Source: Trueperaceae bacterium
GTDB taxonomy: Bacteria; Deinococcota; Deinococci; Deinococcales; Trueperaceae
DNA length: 64,000 nucleotides
Reading direction: 5' to 3'
Assembly (NCBI GenBank): GCA_965213925.1
Contig: OZ243927.1
Span: 3,840,001 to 3,904,000 of the forward strand
The translations under genes and the position numbers were made by a program. The notes under the pieces are model-generated. The model was given only the letters and a program-made list of their open reading frames with translations, did not search any database and was not told the origin of the DNA. Below, in pieces: positions 61,213 to 64,000 of this stretch (the first letter of the stretch is position 1; each line of letters starts with the position of its first letter).

Positions 61213-61767
61213 GTGCAAACAGTTCTTAAAGAGACGCGGCAGCGCATGGATAAAACGCTAGAGGCGTTCGAGCAAAACATCGGTATGGTGCGCACCGGAC
61301 GCGCTAATCCTGCCATCTTGAACCGTGTCCAGGTCAACTACTACGGCAGTTCGACGCCCTTAAATCAGCTCGCGAGCATCTCCAGCCCGGACCCACGTAC
61401 GCTCCTTATCTCGCCCTACGACAAGAGCGCCGTCGCCAACATTGAAAAAGCGATTCGCGACAGTGACCTGGGCTTTAATCCGAGCAATAAAGGCGACAGC
61501 ATCTTTATCAGCGTGCCGCAGCTCAACGACGAGCGCCGCCGCACGCTCGTTAAAACGACGAAAACAATGGCGGAAGAAGCCCGCGTCTCGGTGCGCAACA
61601 TCCGCCGCGACGCCAACGATGAGCTTAAAGAGATGAACAAAGAGAACCTCTTGACCGAAGACGACTTGCGTCAGGGCGAGAACGAAGTGCAGAAGATTAC
61701 AAACGACTACATCGGTAAAATTGACGCACGAGTCAAGTCCAAAGAAGAGGACATTATGGCGGTTTAG
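61213..61767 (+). CDS. frr: Ribosome recycling factor
   Basis: RTGRANP, YYG, ARVSVRNIRRD; AGGAGG RBS. Confidence 0.97.
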   Translation: MQTVLKETRQRMDKTLEAFEQNIGMVRTGRANPAILNRVQVNYYGSSTPLNQLASISSPDPRTLLISPYDKSAVANIEKAIRDSDLGFNPSNKGDSIFISVPQLNDERRRTLVKTTKTMAEEARVSVRNIRRDANDELKEMNKENLLTEDDLRQGENEVQKITNDYIGKIDARVKSKEEDIMAV

Positions 61768-61913
61768 GCGCACAAGTAGGGAGAAAAATAGCCAACGGAA
61801 GGGATGAGAATAGAGGCGACTTTATTCTCATCCCTTTTCTCTTTCTTCTTCATCCCAACAGATAGCGCTAGGTGCGACTCCTTTCCTCCGCTCGGGTTAA
61901 GCTCTCTTTACTT

Positions 61914-62789
61914 ATGTTTGGTCTCAACTTCCACCTGCCCTACCCCCGCGTGACCTCGAGCTTCTTCGGCTTCATCGCCGCACTCATTATCATGTGGGTA
62001 GGCTTACCCCTTTTAGCCCCCGCCTATCTCGTTTTGTCACTCGTTGCGCTGCAAGAATACGCCGTGCTGATGAACCTGCGCGGTATCCCGATTCGGCGGC
62101 GCAGCCTGTGGGTGGCGACGGTCTTAACGCTGCCCGCCTCACTGCCGGTCACTTACGAGGGACTTTTCAACATGCAACCCCTCTTCGACGGCATGAGCTG
62201 GCGCGAAGCGCTTTTAGGCCTGCTCGCGCTCTACCTCATCGGCTTAGAGGTTATCCGTCCGAACGACCGCTCGGTGCAGAGCGTGATCTACTCGCTGTTT
62301 GGCTACTTCTATATTCCTTGGCTTTTAGGTTACGGTATCACCTTGCGCTACACGCCCGACGGTACTTTGGGGCTCTGGTACCTGATGCTGCCTATCTTAG
62401 CGATCTTCGCGAGCGACACAGGTGCATACGTCATCGGCAAGTTCTTCGGGCGTCAGAAGCTCGCGCCGCAGGTGAGCCCAAACAAGACGCTCGAGGGGGC
62501 TTTCGGCGGTCTCGGCTTCGCGGTCTTTATCGTCTCGGTCACGACCTACAGTTTAGAAGCTATCTCGAACTTGCGCATCGATATCTACGACACGATCCTT
62601 TTTAGCATTTTGGTCGCGAGCGCGGCCCAACTCGGCGACCTCTTCGAGTCGCTCATCAAGCGCTGGGCAGGCGTTAAAGATGCTGGGTTTTTCTTGCCGG
62701 GGCATGGCGGCGCGTTGGACCGCATCGACGGGATGCTCTTCGCGGTGCCGATTACGTATTACTTCGTGACGTTTGTGATTTTGAGATAG
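61914..62789 (+). CDS. cdsA: Phosphatidate cytidylyltransferase
   Basis: SDTGAY, SPNKTLEG, GDLFESLIKR..GVKD, PGHGG.LDRID. Confidence 0.95.
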   Translation: MFGLNFHLPYPRVTSSFFGFIAALIIMWVGLPLLAPAYLVLSLVALQEYAVLMNLRGIPIRRRSLWVATVLTLPASLPVTYEGLFNMQPLFDGMSWREALLGLLALYLIGLEVIRPNDRSVQSVIYSLFGYFYIPWLLGYGITLRYTPDGTLGLWYLMLPILAIFASDTGAYVIGKFFGRQKLAPQVSPNKTLEGAFGGLGFAVFIVSVTTYSLEAISNLRIDIYDTILFSILVASAAQLGDLFESLIKRWAGVKDAGFFLPGHGGALDRIDGMLFAVPITYYFVTFVILR

Positions 62790-62802
62790 TGTTTAGCGTC
62801 AT

Positions 62803-62830
62803 AAAAAAGCCGTCCCTTAAAGGGACGGCT
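62803..62830. terminator. Terminator between convergent genes
   Basis: A6-GCCGTCCCTT/AAGGGACGGC. Confidence 0.7.
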
Positions 62831-62852
62831 AAACTGATGGTGCTCGGGAAGT

Positions 62853-64000
62853 CTACTCTACCCCTACCGGACGGAGGAGGACGATTCCCTGATCGTCCGT
62901 GCCCTTGCTCTCATCGAACTCGGAGATGTAGAGATTGCCGTTTGTCGTATCCTCGACGAGGTCGATAGGATCGCTGAAGTCATCCAAGTCGTCGGGCGTC
63001 TCCGCTTTGCTGATGTCGTTATTAGGACCACTGGGGTCGAGTACCAAAATGTCATCCTCGTTGCTGTAGCGAGCGATGAGCAACTTGCCTTGGAGCGCTC
63101 CGTCAAAGTTGTCGCTCTTATATTCGATGACACCGTTGGGTGATTTGTTCTTGTCGAAGTCGTAAGCGAAGCCACGGTAGTCAGGATCGGGGTCAGTATC
63201 GCTCTCGTAAATGTCGACTTGTGCCGCGCTATCTCGGTAGTTGCCACCGCCGTTAAGAATCCATTCGCACCGCTTAGGATTGGGGTGACCGTAGTAGCCG
63301 CCTTCCTCGACGCGGAAGAGGAAGTCACTCTGCACTTGCTTTTCGACCAACCAGCCGTCGGTTTGGTCGCTCACATACTTGCCGTCCACGTCGCCCGGAC
63401 TATCCAACACGGGACCGCTATAGCCGTCGCAAACGCCCGCGTCAAGCCCGGAGAGGTCGTAGCGCGGCACGATGCCGCCCAAGTTGGAGCCGTTCGTCGG
63501 CACGTATAACTCGCCGTTCGAGTGCCAAACGAGGTCGTACGCATTACGGATGCCGCTGCCAAAAACGGTAAGCGGCGCACCTGGAGCGAACGGGTCGTAC
63601 GGATTGTCAGTATCTTCAGTCTGAACATCGAGGGGAGGTGACGACACGGCGCTGATGTCGAAGCGCAGCGTCGCAGCGGTGAGGAGTTGCTCTTCGCGGT
63701 AGTTCCAGGCGCTGTCAGGCGCACCCATCGCGGAGTTGCTGCCTTGATTGAAGTACAGTACGCCGGGCTCGGCGGGATTGAACGCGACGCTATTCGTGAC
63801 GTGGTCTTTAGACGAGCGTGGCAGTCCGACTACGTAGTCTTGAACAGTCCCTAAATCGGGTCCGCTGAGGCGTGTAATCTTACCGCTCCAGGGCTCATTG
63901 ATGTTTTTTAGTTTGAATTCAGGGTCGACGTAAGTGTGGCTCACCCAAGCAATCAGATTGTCTGCTGTCGCCGAGGGGTCAAAAGCGAAGCCGATGAGCA
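62853..64000 (-). CDS. Glucose/sorbosone-dehydrogenase-like beta-propeller protein (5' end beyond window)
   Basis: DHVTNSVAF, GIRNAYD, GGYYGHP; frame open to window end. Confidence 0.7.
   Translation of the reverse strand, partial: LIGFAFDPSATADNLIAWVSHTYVDPEFKLKNINEPWSGKITRLSGPDLGTVQDYVVGLPRSSKDHVTNSVAFNPAEPGVLYFNQGSNSAMGAPDSAWNYREEQLLTAATLRFDISAVSSPPLDVQTEDTDNPYDPFAPGAPLTVFGSGIRNAYDLVWHSNGELYVPTNGSNLGGIVPRYDLSGLDAGVCDGYSGPVLDSPGDVDGKYVSDQTDGWLVEKQVQSDFLFRVEEGGYYGHPNPKRCEWILNGGGNYRDSAAQVDIYESDTDPDPDYRGFAYDFDKNKSPNGVIEYKSDNFDGALQGKLLIARYSNEDDILVLDPSGPNNDISKAETPDDLDDFSDPIDLVEDTTNGNLYISEFDESKGTDDQGIVLLRPVGVE

Noticed and set aside
61994..62605. 203-aa alternative-frame ORF in cdsA and many similar Arg/Ala-rich ORFs
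   Set aside because: Typical GC-rich shadow frames overlapping well-supported genes

Overview
Bacterial chromosomal window, GC-rich, most consistent with Deinococcota (Truepera/Trueperaceae-like). This is inferred from the caa3-type oxidase fusions, short EF-Ts, long HflX, recF-DUF721 pair and many leaderless genes. It is mostly housekeeping: tmk, tRNA-Asp, recF/dciA-like, aroF-tyrA, betC, rhlE, pgeF-mazG-nudix, hflX, FMN riboswitch with ribH-ribE-ribBA, pncB, thiolase, argG...argH, ctaA-ctaB-coxB-coxA/C-surf1, and rpsB-tsf-pyrH-frr-cdsA. Accessory items are an IS630 element, an HTH/MazF toxin-antitoxin pair, Mrr, Uma2, secreted lipoproteins and several palindromic repeat families. The most interesting signals are absent from the ORF track. 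Three short upstream ORFs look like ribosome-sensing leader peptides: a Tyr/Phe-containing one before aroF-tyrA, an Arg-rich one before argG, and a near-leaderless one before hflX, which itself appears to start at ATT. Other highlights are a 1-nt frameshift in the coxB signal peptide, a copper-ligand-dead cupredoxin-like lipoprotein on a GGATG stalk, and a repeat element with compensatory stem changes. No CRISPR array or rRNA was seen.
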